A stretch of DNA of 64,000 nt. It comes from an uncultured bacterium (GTDB taxonomy: Bacteria; Krumholzibacteriota; Krumholzibacteriia; Krumholzibacteriales; Krumholzibacteriaceae). A program made the translations under genes and the position numbers. Position 1 is the first letter of the stretch. Each line of letters opens with the position of its first letter. Where the stretch lies: NCBI GenBank assembly GCA_965371515.1, contig CBDUYR010000005.1, positions 1 to 64,000 of the forward strand. Reading direction: 5' to 3'. Positions 26,643 through 37,151 of the stretch are shown in pieces. The notes under the pieces were generated by a model. That model did not search any database, was not told the DNA's origin, and saw nothing but the letters and a program-made list of their open reading frames with translations.

Positions 26643-27356
26643 CTAGCCGAGCCTGCGCCTGACAAGCTCCTTCTTGAGCTCGGAGATCGCCTTTGTCGGA
26701 TTTAGATCCTTCGGGCATGCCTCCACGCAGTTGAAGATCGTATGGCAGCGCCACAGGCCGTGCCTGTCGTCGAGCGCCTCGAGATGCTCTGCGCTCCCCT
26801 CGTCCCTGCTGTCGGCGATAAACCTGTAAGCCTTGAGGAAGGCGTGAGGACCGAGATACTCCTTGTCCGCCCAGAACGAGGGGCATGACGAGGTGCATGA
26901 ACCGCAGAGGATGCACTCGTAGAGGCCGTCGATCTTCTCCCTCTCCTCGGGGGACTGGAGCCTCTCCTGGTCGCTCGGGGGCGGCGAGTGGGTTATCAGG
27001 TACGGCTTCACCGCAAGTATCCCGCGCACCAGCGGATCGAGGGAGACAACAAGGTCCTTTATGACGGGATAGCTGCGCATCGGCTCGACAGTGATCGTCG
27101 ATCCACCGACCTCGAGCACCTGCGTCTCGCATGCGAGGTTGTTGACCCCGTTGATCGTCATCGCGCACGAGCCGCAGATCCCGCTCCGGCACGAACGCCT
27201 GAAGGTCAGGGTCCCGTCCTGTTTCCACTTGATCTCGTTGAGAGCGTCGAGGAGTGTCGTGCCCTTCTCCACGTCGAGCTGATACTCCTGCATGTAGTGA
27301 CCCCGACGCTCGTCGTCCGGATTGAAACGATTGATCCTGAACGTGATCATTGCCAT
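26643..27356 (-). CDS. sdhB: Succinate dehydrogenase iron-sulfur subunit
   Basis: RRSCRSGICGSCAM.ING...LAC, CILCGSCTSSCP, CHTIFNCVEACP. Confidence 0.95.
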   Translation of the reverse strand: MAMITFRINRFNPDDERRGHYMQEYQLDVEKGTTLLDALNEIKWKQDGTLTFRRSCRSGICGSCAMTINGVNNLACETQVLEVGGSTITVEPMRSYPVIKDLVVSLDPLVRGILAVKPYLITHSPPPSDQERLQSPEEREKIDGLYECILCGSCTSSCPSFWADKEYLGPHAFLKAYRFIADSRDEGSAEHLEALDDRHGLWRCHTIFNCVEACPKDLNPTKAISELKKELVRRRLG

Positions 27357-27369
27357 TCCGGGGCCTCCT

Positions 27370-29157
<1,788 letters not shown>

Positions 29158-29163
29158 GACAGG

Positions 29164-29526
29164 TCAACCTCCGTACTGGAACGAGATCATCGTCAGGGCG
29201 CCGTAAACAGTAAAAACAAGCCCGATGACGGCGATAACGCACCAGATAAGTATCCTCATCCACTGAATGTGGATGTAGTCGCCGAGGACGAGCCACAGAC
29301 CGTACAGCCCGTGCATCAGCGCCACGACGAGGAACGAGATGTTAATTGTCTTCCAGAGAGGAGTCGCCACGCGCTCGGCGATCGTGCCGTAAGCAAGCTC
29401 GTCCTTCATCAGAACGTGCAGCACAAGGACGTGGACGAACAGGACAATAGCGAGATAGAGCCCGCTCAGGCGGTGGAAGAACCACCAGAGAGCTCCGCCC
29501 GACCTTGTTGTCTCATTATAACCCAT
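29164..29526 (-). CDS. sdhD: Succinate dehydrogenase hydrophobic anchor subunit
   Basis: W.F.RLSG, H...GL..VL.DY, three TM helices, operon position. Confidence 0.88.
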   Translation of the reverse strand: MGYNETTRSGGALWWFFHRLSGLYLAIVLFVHVLVLHVLMKDELAYGTIAERVATPLWKTINISFLVVALMHGLYGLWLVLGDYIHIQWMRILIWCVIAVIGLVFTVYGALTMISFQYGG

Positions 29527-29539
29527 TGCGGCCTCCCTT

Positions 29540-29911
29540 CTAACCCGTCGCGGACATCATCCGCGATATCATTACCGCGGCGGAGGCGCCCCAGCAGGCG
29601 AGCCATACCGCTACGGCGATGACGAAAAGCGTCTTCTGCTTCTCGACCATCACGCCCATGTCTATCAGGGTGATCCTCAGTCCATTGAACATGTGGAAGA
29701 AGATCACCCCGACGAGCCCGATCTCCATAAACTTGAATAGCGGGCCGCCGAAGAAGTGCATAATCCCGTCGAAGGATTCCTCACCGCCGGACAGGTGGCT
29801 GATCACCCATATATGCAGGAGCAGGTAGAAGATCAGCCCGAGGCCTGAAAGGCGATGAAGGATCCATGCAAACGTGCCCGCATGGATGCGGTAACGCTTG
29901 ATCACCCTCAT
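29540..29911 (-). CDS. sdhC: Succinate dehydrogenase cytochrome b556 subunit
   Basis: WILHRLSG, LLLHI, FHMFNGLRI.L.D. Confidence 0.92.
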   Translation of the reverse strand: MRVIKRYRIHAGTFAWILHRLSGLGLIFYLLLHIWVISHLSGGEESFDGIMHFFGGPLFKFMEIGLVGVIFFHMFNGLRITLIDMGVMVEKQKTLFVIAVAVWLACWGASAAVMISRMMSATG

Positions 29912-30013
29912 CGGGTTCCTCCCGGGTTAAAGAAAGCCGTGGGCTCCGCGGCGATCGCCATGGAACCCGATTGACCTTACTCTGTAAACGACTTGATCAG
30001 CAGTAACGGGTGC

Positions 30014-30042
30014 AATATAGCACAGGAAAATGTGGTCGTCAA
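30014..30042 (-). promoter_or_regulatory. Sigma70-like promoter of sdhCDAB
   Basis: TTGACG-17 nt-TATATT with a TGn extension. Confidence 0.65.
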
Positions 30043-30121
30043 CGTTCGACGGAAATCAGTGTTATTTACTGCGACCATTCATCATGCCCCGGGGGTTCCG
30101 CCTATGGAAACCCCTGCCCCG

Positions 30122-32590
30122 TCAGGACTTACGGCCTCGCTCTCCCTTGCGCAGAAGCGTTCTGCGCAGTTTGTTCTCGAGCTCGGTCGGCAACGGTTTG
30201 CCCTCGGGCCTCTCGGCGTACCCGCCGCCGTCGTCCTCGAGCGGAGCCGGCTCGTACACCTCGAGCTCGAGGAGCAGGTGCAGGATGACGAGCGCTGCCT
30301 CCTTGTCGGGAATCATCCCCCGCCCGCCCGTGTCAGGATCAAGCTGGGTGAACGGCGGTATGGGTGAACCGACGCATGAGGGGCACCCCCTTCTGCACTC
30401 GCAGGACTGTATCAGCTCGAGCGACGCCTGCATGATCTCTTCGATTATGTCGTAGCACTTCAGCGCGAAACCGAGCCCGCCGGGGTACTTGTCATATATA
30501 TAGAGAGCCGGTCCGCCGGTCGAACGCGAGTTCACCGTCGTTCCGATGTCGAGCGGGTCGGACATCACAAAGAGCGGCACGACCTCCCTGAGGATATTGG
30601 AGAGACCGAGCAATCCCTCGGCCGGCACCCTCCCCCACTTGCGTACTGCCGCGAGCGCATCGCCGGGGGGCTCTATCCACATGCCGGCGGTCTCGAGGAC
30701 CTGCGGCGGCAGGTCGCATTTGCCGTAGCCGATCGAGTCGCGGCTGCCGAACTTTATCTTTTTGAACATGAAGGTCAGGTCGGTCACGGAGACATCACCG
30801 AAGGCGATCGGGCTTATCCTCCACAGGCCGCTCTTCTCTTCGCGGTCGACCTTGACCTGGGTCTCGGTGATCGACTGGGTGTAGTAATCGACGTTCGTCT
30901 TTTCTATGAACGCGATTTTTTTCTCCGTATCGAGGTCGCGGACGAAATACGTCTCCGCCTCGTGGAGGTATATCGCCTGTTGATGTACCTGCTGGAAGGC
31001 GCTCGCCTCGTCGATCGTGCCGATGACCCTGTTTCCGTCCGACTCGTCGACGATCGTATAGATGTTCGGCGAGATGTTGCGAAGATTTATATCGGCGCTC
31101 GGGTAGCCGTGTCCCCGCCAGAACCAGCTCCCCTTGACGAAATTGAGATCCCTTTCCTCCTCTAGGAGCTGTGCGATCGCCGGGGCGTACTCACCCATCT
31201 CTTCGACCTCCTTCGCCGCGAGCGGGAGTTCGAAGGCGGCGGCTCGCATCTGCCCGAGAAGGACGTGCGGATTCTCCGGGTCGATTATCGCGTTCTCGGG
31301 GGAGCGCCCGAAGAAATAGTCGGGGTTACGCGCGAGATACTGGTCGAGCGGGGTATTGTGCGGAATGAATATTATCAGCGAGTCCTCCATGCCTCGGCCC
31401 GCCCTGCCGGCCTGCTGCCACGTCGATGCTATGCTCCCCGGGTACCCGACTATGACAGAGGCGTGCAGCGCGCCGACATCGATGCCGAGCTCGAGAGCGT
31501 TGGTGCTGATCACCGCCTTGAGCTCGCCCTCAAAGAGGCGCCGTTCTATCTCCCTTCGCTCCTCGGGGAGGTAGCCGCCGCGGTATGGATGCACCGAGTC
31601 GGCCATCGAGGCGCGGTGCTTCGAGAGCATGTCGCGCACGTATCTCGTGATCACCTCGCTGACGACGCGCGCCCTGACGAAAGCGATCGTCTGGACGCCG
31701 TCGAGGACGAGCCGCGTAACGAGCTCGGCCGCCTCGGCATTCGAGCTCCTTCGCTCCATCCCCGCCGCATCGAGATTGGGTGGGTTCCACATAAGGAACG
31801 TCTTCCTCCCCCTCGGCGAGCCGTCCTTCGTGACGACCTTCATCTCCCGTCCGAGCAGGCGTCCGGCATGCTCGCCGGGATTCGCGATAGTGGCGGAGCT
31901 TGCCGCAAATACGGGCTTCGACCCATAGTGGTCGCAGATCCGCAAGAGTCGCCGCATCACGTTTGCAACGTGCGAGCCGAATGCGCCGCGGTAACTGTGT
32001 ATCTCGTCGACCACGACGAAACGGAGCCTCGCAATAAACGGCGCCCACCTGGCGTGATTGGGGAGTATGCCCGAGTGGAGCATGTCGGGATTGGTCAGCA
32101 GGACGTTCGCACCGTCGCGGAGTTTACGGCGAAGCGGACCGGGCGTGTCGCCGTCATACGTACCCGCCTCGAATCTGATCCCGTCGCCCTCCCTGTAGCG
32201 CTTCAGCACTCTGAGCTGGTCCTGCGCGAGAGCCTTCGTCGGATAGAGATAGAGCGCCCTGCTCTCGGGATCATCGAGAAGGGATTCGAGGACGGGGATG
32301 TTGTAGCAGAGGGTCTTCCCGCTCGCCGTTGAGGTTACTATAACCGTATCGGTCCCGCCGCGAAGGGCCTCGACCGCCTCCACCTGGTGTGTGTAGAGAT
32401 GCTCCACCCCCGAGCCGGCGAGAATGGCGGCGAGACTTGCCGGGAGCGGTTCACCGAGCTCGCCGAATCGGGCTTTGCGCAGCGGTATCTTGTGGCTGTG
32501 AACGATCTGACCGTCGTACAGGTCGTCGACTGTCACCTTGCCGAGGAATCTTTTTACGTCCAAGGCGTTCCTTTCCTCTGCCCCGCCCAT
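30122..32590 (-). CDS. mrfA: DEAH/DExH-box helicase with DUF1998 (MrfA/YprA/Hrq1 family)
   Basis: LYTHQ, TASGKTLCY, PTKALAQDQ, YDGDT, TNPDMLH, VDEIHSY, SAT, YRGGY, TNALELGID, QQAGRAGR, C-terminal CECRRGCPSC. Confidence 0.88.
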   Translation of the reverse strand: MGGAEERNALDVKRFLGKVTVDDLYDGQIVHSHKIPLRKARFGELGEPLPASLAAILAGSGVEHLYTHQVEAVEALRGGTDTVIVTSTASGKTLCYNIPVLESLLDDPESRALYLYPTKALAQDQLRVLKRYREGDGIRFEAGTYDGDTPGPLRRKLRDGANVLLTNPDMLHSGILPNHARWAPFIARLRFVVVDEIHSYRGAFGSHVANVMRRLLRICDHYGSKPVFAASSATIANPGEHAGRLLGREMKVVTKDGSPRGRKTFLMWNPPNLDAAGMERRSSNAEAAELVTRLVLDGVQTIAFVRARVVSEVITRYVRDMLSKHRASMADSVHPYRGGYLPEERREIERRLFEGELKAVISTNALELGIDVGALHASVIVGYPGSIASTWQQAGRAGRGMEDSLIIFIPHNTPLDQYLARNPDYFFGRSPENAIIDPENPHVLLGQMRAAAFELPLAAKEVEEMGEYAPAIAQLLEEERDLNFVKGSWFWRGHGYPSADINLRNISPNIYTIVDESDGNRVIGTIDEASAFQQVHQQAIYLHEAETYFVRDLDTEKKIAFIEKTNVDYYTQSITETQVKVDREEKSGLWRISPIAFGDVSVTDLTFMFKKIKFGSRDSIGYGKCDLPPQVLETAGMWIEPPGDALAAVRKWGRVPAEGLLGLSNILREVVPLFVMSDPLDIGTTVNSRSTGGPALYIYDKYPGGLGFALKCYDIIEEIMQASLELIQSCECRRGCPSCVGSPIPPFTQLDPDTGGRGMIPDKEAALVILHLLLELEVYEPAPLEDDGGGYAERPEGKPLPTELENKLRRTLLRKGERGRKS

Positions 32591-32742
32591 CACCGGTCCC
32601 TGCACACACGGTGAAGATTGCCGTGCGGTTGAATCAGGGGCCGGAAAAATCATAATACTTCTGCTCAGGGGTTGATGCAATAATTAGTAACAATGTTGCC
32701 GGCCACCGAGGCTGTTGCATGCGTGGAGCTGTTCCGGCCCTA

Positions 32743-33744
32743 TTAAATATTCGTCAAATATACAGTGATCAATTCGAGCATCGAGAGCAGGTCGAGACGG
32801 TTGTGATGGATCACGGCGGCCATCTGCCGCGCGTCCTTCGTGCGGACGAACTCGTGATAGGCGCCGGGTATCTCGCTCCCGGGGATGTCGCCGGTCCTCT
32901 TCCTGCCGAGTACGAACCGTTCGAGTGTCTGGAGCCTGTGGTTCGGGGTCCGTCCCTTCATCAGGGACCTCGATATCGGCAGCAGGTCGATGTGTGACCG
33001 GGGCATACTCATCGGCAGACCATGAAACGTCATCCTGCTCGCGAGAAACGGGATGTCGAAGGTGTTCCCGTTGAAAGTGACCAGCACCTCGCGGGAATCG
33101 AGCATCGAGTAGACGAAAGACAGGACGGCACGTTCCTCGGTGTAGTCCCTCGCGAAGAGCTGGTCTACGATGAGATCTTCGCCCTCGCTGTACATCAGCC
33201 CCACGAGAAAGAGGGGGGTGTTGCGCAGGCCTGTCGTCTCGAGATCGAGATAGACGACTCCCGCCGGCGATGAGGTCAGTGCCTGCAGTGAGCGGCATCC
33301 GGCGGGTAGTTTCGCCGGTGACGAAGCGATGGCGTTGATGTACTCCTGGTGCGTTGCCGCCCCTCTTTCCCAGATCTCTCCGGCCGGTTTGCACACCCTG
33401 TAAAACCATCCCGCCGGTGTCTCGACAGGTTCGCCGGGGATGAGGTCCTCGATCCGGCCGGGGGTCGGCACCGTGAAGAGCTGCTCGTCGGTCACGGGGA
33501 TATCGGCAAAAACAGGCACCTCCGGCCTCGGCGCGCCTTCCCCCGCAGGCGGTCTCTCGCCGGCAGGCGGCGCCTCGGGAACAGGAGGAACCTGCGCCAC
33601 AGGAGGCGTCCCGGTCTCTTTACGGCCCCCGAAAACCCCTCTGGCGCGCTTTTTGAGCCGTTCCAGCTCGTTTCTCAAATCGTGTCCGCTGTCTTCCGTC
33701 ACAGTTATCGAGCCCTCTCTGTATGTCCTGTCATCCCCGGACAT
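32743..33744 (-). CDS. mrfB: RNase H-like DEDDh exonuclease (MrfB/YprB family) with Pro-rich N-terminal linker
   Basis: YLDLETTGL, QLFARDY.EE, LVTFNG.TFD.PFL, HIDLL, L..LE...LG..R..DIPG..IP..Y, HNRLDL. Directly upstream of the DUF1998 helicase. Confidence 0.82.
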   Translation of the reverse strand: MSGDDRTYREGSITVTEDSGHDLRNELERLKKRARGVFGGRKETGTPPVAQVPPVPEAPPAGERPPAGEGAPRPEVPVFADIPVTDEQLFTVPTPGRIEDLIPGEPVETPAGWFYRVCKPAGEIWERGAATHQEYINAIASSPAKLPAGCRSLQALTSSPAGVVYLDLETTGLRNTPLFLVGLMYSEGEDLIVDQLFARDYTEERAVLSFVYSMLDSREVLVTFNGNTFDIPFLASRMTFHGLPMSMPRSHIDLLPISRSLMKGRTPNHRLQTLERFVLGRKRTGDIPGSEIPGAYHEFVRTKDARQMAAVIHHNRLDLLSMLELITVYLTNI

Positions 33745-33861
33745 GATAAAGCCTGCCGCTGAAGCGTTCAAGCGGTCCGTATCTTGCAATCTACCGGATA
33801 ATATGTACTTTTACTTGACGACCCCCGGGGTATGTGGATATTTTACTCCGAACAGACGGAA

Positions 33862-35232
33862 ATGATGATGAACAGAGAAAAGAAAATAACGATATTCGTG
33901 ATCATCGCGGCGATAATCTCCGCGGTCCTCATAACGTCTTTGAACAGGGAGGCGCCGAATGAGGAGCCGGAGATCTCCTCCGCGTCCATGCTCGCCGAGG
34001 CTGCATCCGGCCTATCGGAACCCGTGCCCCCATCTCCCCCCGAACCGGAGTACAGCGGTGAGATCAGGAAAAACTCGAGCTTCTTCGATATAATGACCGC
34101 CTGCGGCGCCACGCCACAGCAGATCTACGACATCGCCGGCAAGGTCAAACCGGTATACAATCTCAGCAGGATCCGGCCGGGACAGAAATACGAAATATTC
34201 ACCGGCGACGACGGATCGATAGAGAAGATCCTTCTCTCCATCGACGAAACGGGCTACGTCGAGATAGCCTGCTCCCCCGAAGGTATCGAGGCCGAACGCA
34301 GGGAATACCCCTACGAAATCACGGTAAAGGAAGCCTCGGGGATAATCACCCAGTCGCTCTTCATGTCCTTCATGGACCAGGGCCTGCCGATCGAGCTCGG
34401 CGCGAAGCTCGTTGATATCTACGCATGGGACATAGATTTCTTCACCGAGATCAGGAAGAACGATTTTTTCCGAGTGATCTACGAGGAACGCAGGATGCTC
34501 GACGGCCCCGACCACGAGGAAAAGACGGGGGTCGGTATTATAATCGCCGCCGAGTTCAACACGAGTGGTACCAGCCGCTACTGTTTCCTCTTCGATAACA
34601 AGACGGATTTCGCCGATTACTTCGACGACGAGGGCAAATCGCTGCGCAAGCAGCTCCTCAGGGCGCCCCTGTCGTACACCCGGATCAGCTCGGGATACAG
34701 CAAGAGGCGTTTCCATCCCGTGCTTCACACCTACGCCCCTCATCTCGGCATCGACTACGCCGCGCCTACAGGTACGCCTGTCCAGTCGACCGGCGACGGG
34801 ACGGTGATGACAGCCTCGAGGACGAGAGCCAACGGGAATTACGTCAAGATAAGGCACAACAACAGCTACATCAGCTACTATCTCCATCTGAGCCGCTTCG
34901 GCAAGGGAATAAAGCAGGGCACGAAGGTCAAGCAGGGTCAGACGATCGGCTACGTGGGAGCGACCGGCTACGCTACCGGGCCCCATCTCGATTACCGCGT
35001 CAAGAAGAACGGCAGGTTCGTCAATCCCCGCAGGCTGAAGCTACCTCCGGCAAAGCCCGTAAGCGATGAGAACATGGCCGTCTTCACGGCGAAGCGCGAT
35101 TCGCTCATCGCCGTGCTGAGATCGGTGCCGGTCCGCGACCCTCACGGTGAATACTTCGCCGAGGGCGGCGGGCTCGCATCCGAGGCTCCCGGGAGGCCGG
35201 GCGGAAGCGGCGGATCCCCACTTCCCCACTGA
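33862..35232 (+). CDS. M23 family peptidoglycan DD-metalloendopeptidase (MepM/Csd3-like)
   Basis: N-terminal TM helix, WDIDF...IR..D.F, RISS....R.HPV....HLGIDYAAP.GTP, Y.HLS, GYVG.TG.ATGPHL. Confidence 0.92.
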   Translation: MMMNREKKITIFVIIAAIISAVLITSLNREAPNEEPEISSASMLAEAASGLSEPVPPSPPEPEYSGEIRKNSSFFDIMTACGATPQQIYDIAGKVKPVYNLSRIRPGQKYEIFTGDDGSIEKILLSIDETGYVEIACSPEGIEAERREYPYEITVKEASGIITQSLFMSFMDQGLPIELGAKLVDIYAWDIDFFTEIRKNDFFRVIYEERRMLDGPDHEEKTGVGIIIAAEFNTSGTSRYCFLFDNKTDFADYFDDEGKSLRKQLLRAPLSYTRISSGYSKRRFHPVLHTYAPHLGIDYAAPTGTPVQSTGDGTVMTASRTRANGNYVKIRHNNSYISYYLHLSRFGKGIKQGTKVKQGQTIGYVGATGYATGPHLDYRVKKNGRFVNPRRLKLPPAKPVSDENMAVFTAKRDSLIAVLRSVPVRDPHGEYFAEGGGLASEAPGRPGGSGGSPLPH

Positions 35233-35235
35233 GCG

Positions 35236-35814
35236 ATGGACTCCACCAGACGCATTCTCGTCCACACATGCTGCGCATCGTGCTCGAGTTATGTCCTCGA
35301 ATACCTGCTGCAGGAATACGACGTCACCGCTTATTACTACAATCCGAACATACAGCCTGCGGCCGAATACCGGCTGAGACTCGACGAGATGAGAACGGTC
35401 TGCGGGCGCCTGGGAATCGCGCTGGTCGAAGGGCCGGGAAATTTCGAGGAGTGGGACGCGGCGATCGCCCCCTACGCCCACCTTCCCGAAAAGAGCGAGA
35501 GGTGCCGGGTCTGTTACCGACTGAGGCTCGAGGAAACGGCGAGAAAGGCTGCCGAAGCGGGAATCGGACTCTTCACGACGACCCTGTCGGTCAGCCCCCA
35601 CAAGATCCACGCCTGGATCGTCGAGGAGGGCCGGGCTTCCGGAGAGAAGCACGGCGTCATCTTCCTCGAGGAGGACTTCAAGAAAAAGGGCGGATTCCAG
35701 GAGAGCTGCAGGAAGAGCCGCGAGTTCGGCCTCACGAGGCAGGATTACTGCGGGTGCCTGTTCAGTCTGGAGGAAGCGAAGCTGAGGCGGAAAGAGTCGG
35801 ATTCAGCGCGTTGA
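35236..35814 (+). CDS. queH: Epoxyqueuosine reductase QueH
   Basis: LVHTCCASC, YYNPNIQP..EY..R, RC.VCY..RL, FTTTLSVSPHK, RQDYCGC.FS. Confidence 0.93.
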   Translation: MDSTRRILVHTCCASCSSYVLEYLLQEYDVTAYYYNPNIQPAAEYRLRLDEMRTVCGRLGIALVEGPGNFEEWDAAIAPYAHLPEKSERCRVCYRLRLEETARKAAEAGIGLFTTTLSVSPHKIHAWIVEEGRASGEKHGVIFLEEDFKKKGGFQESCRKSREFGLTRQDYCGCLFSLEEAKLRRKESDSAR

Positions 35815-35820
35815 TCGGGC

Positions 35821-36867
35821 TTAAACCCGGATCAGGATCTGCTTCCCGGCCTGCGGAAGCGCCTCTCCTATTACGGCGGCATACCCGGCGCCGGAATTCC
35901 TGATACTGTCTACGAGACCCTGCGCCTTCTCTGCGGGCAGGGATATCAGCAGGCCGCCTGAGGTCTGCGGGTCGTGCAGGAGCATCATCTGTTCTCTCGT
36001 CAGGCTGCCCTCGACCTCCAGTGCAATGCTCGTGAACTGCACATTAGACATTCCGCCGCCGGTGAGAAGGCCCTGCGAGGCGAAATCGGCCGCATCGGGA
36101 AGAAGGGGAACGGCCTCCATATCGATCGCGATCGTCACGTCTGACCCCGTGGCCATCTCGAGGGCGTGGCCGGCCAGCCCGAATCCGGTTACGTCCGTGC
36201 AGGCGTGAGCACCCGCTGCGACCATCGCCCTGGCCGCCGGTGCATTGAGCGCGGTCATCTGATCGATAAAGAGTCTCTCCTGCTCCTCGTCGAGGACCCC
36301 CTTCTTCATCGCCGTCGAGTAGATGCCCGTACCGAGCGGTTTCGTCAGGATGATCGCGTCGCCAGGCCTGGCGCCCGCTGTGAGCACGACGTTGTCGGGA
36401 TGGATCGTCCCCATGATCGAAAGGCCGTACTTCAACTCGGAATCCGTCATCGTATGGCCGCCGACGATGACAGCGCCCGCCTCGTTGACCTTGTCGGCGC
36501 CGCCCCGCATCAGGAGCTCGAGCGCCTCGATCTCGAGCTTTCCCTCGGGAAAGCCGATGATGTTGAGCGCCGATACCGGCTCCCCACCCATCGCGTAGAC
36601 ATCGCTCATCGCGTTCGCGGCGGCGACCTGCCCGAACATGTAAGGATCGTCCACTATTGCGGGGAAGAAATCGACTGTGAGGATGATCGCCCTGTCGTCG
36701 CTCACGCGCACTACACCGCAGTCATCCGCCTGGCTCGTTCCGACGATCACGTCCGGATGGTCCTGGGGAGGGAGTTTATGTAAAACTGGCCACAACTCCG
36801 TCGGGCTGAGCTTGGAAGCTCAGCCCGAACACGAAGCCATGGCCGTCAAACGGTACTTCTTTGACAT
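35821..36867 (-). CDS. selD: Selenide, water dikinase (selenophosphate synthetase), selenocysteine-containing
   Basis: Reading through the in-frame TGA at 36822..36820 gives MSKKYRLTAMASCSG-U-ASKL, the catalytic C/U-x-x-K motif. Also DDCGV, TVDFF, AANAMSDVYAMGG, GGHT, LTKPLGTG, TDVTGFGL.GH, DPQTSGGLL. Confidence 0.93.
36771..36799 (-). promoter_or_regulatory. Candidate bacterial SECIS hairpin of selD
   Basis: mRNA GGAGUUGUG-GCCAGUUUUA-CAUAAACUCC forms a stem with one bulge. The loop starts with G, 29 nt after UGA. Confidence 0.5.
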
Positions 36868-36900
36868 ATTCCACCCTTTTCAGGTGACAGGCCAGGAAGA

Positions 36901-37074
36901 TCATTCTACCGGCGCGATTGCCTCCGTGGGGCATACTTCGACGCAGGCGCCACAGTCGGTGCAGGTGTCAGCATCGATCTTGTACTTATCGTCGCCCTCG
37001 CTGATCGCCTCTACCGGACACTCCGGCACGCAGGCGCCGCAGCTGATGCACTCGTCACTGATAACGTGAGCCAT
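36901..37074 (-). CDS. 2[4Fe-4S] ferredoxin (clostridial type)
   Basis: CISCGACVPECP and CTDCGACVEVCP; GGAGG RBS before MAHVISDE. Confidence 0.95.
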   Translation of the reverse strand: MAHVISDECISCGACVPECPVEAISEGDDKYKIDADTCTDCGACVEVCPTEAIAPVE

Positions 37075-37151
37075 TTCTTCCTCCAATGAGGTGGTTCAAT
37101 TCCTAAAAACCGTTTCTATTAAATATATAATTCCTCGAATCCGGTCAATAA

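Noticed and set aside
30122..32590. DUF1998 helicase as part of a DISARM or Druantia defence system
   Set aside because: No methylase, PLD nuclease or other defence genes are adjacent. The partner is a YprB/MrfB-type exonuclease in a housekeeping context.
36796..36867. selD as a pseudogene or N-terminally truncated gene starting at 36795
   Set aside because: The stop is TGA exactly at the catalytic Cys/Sec position, and the upstream frame is conserved SelD sequence. Sec recoding is the simpler reading.
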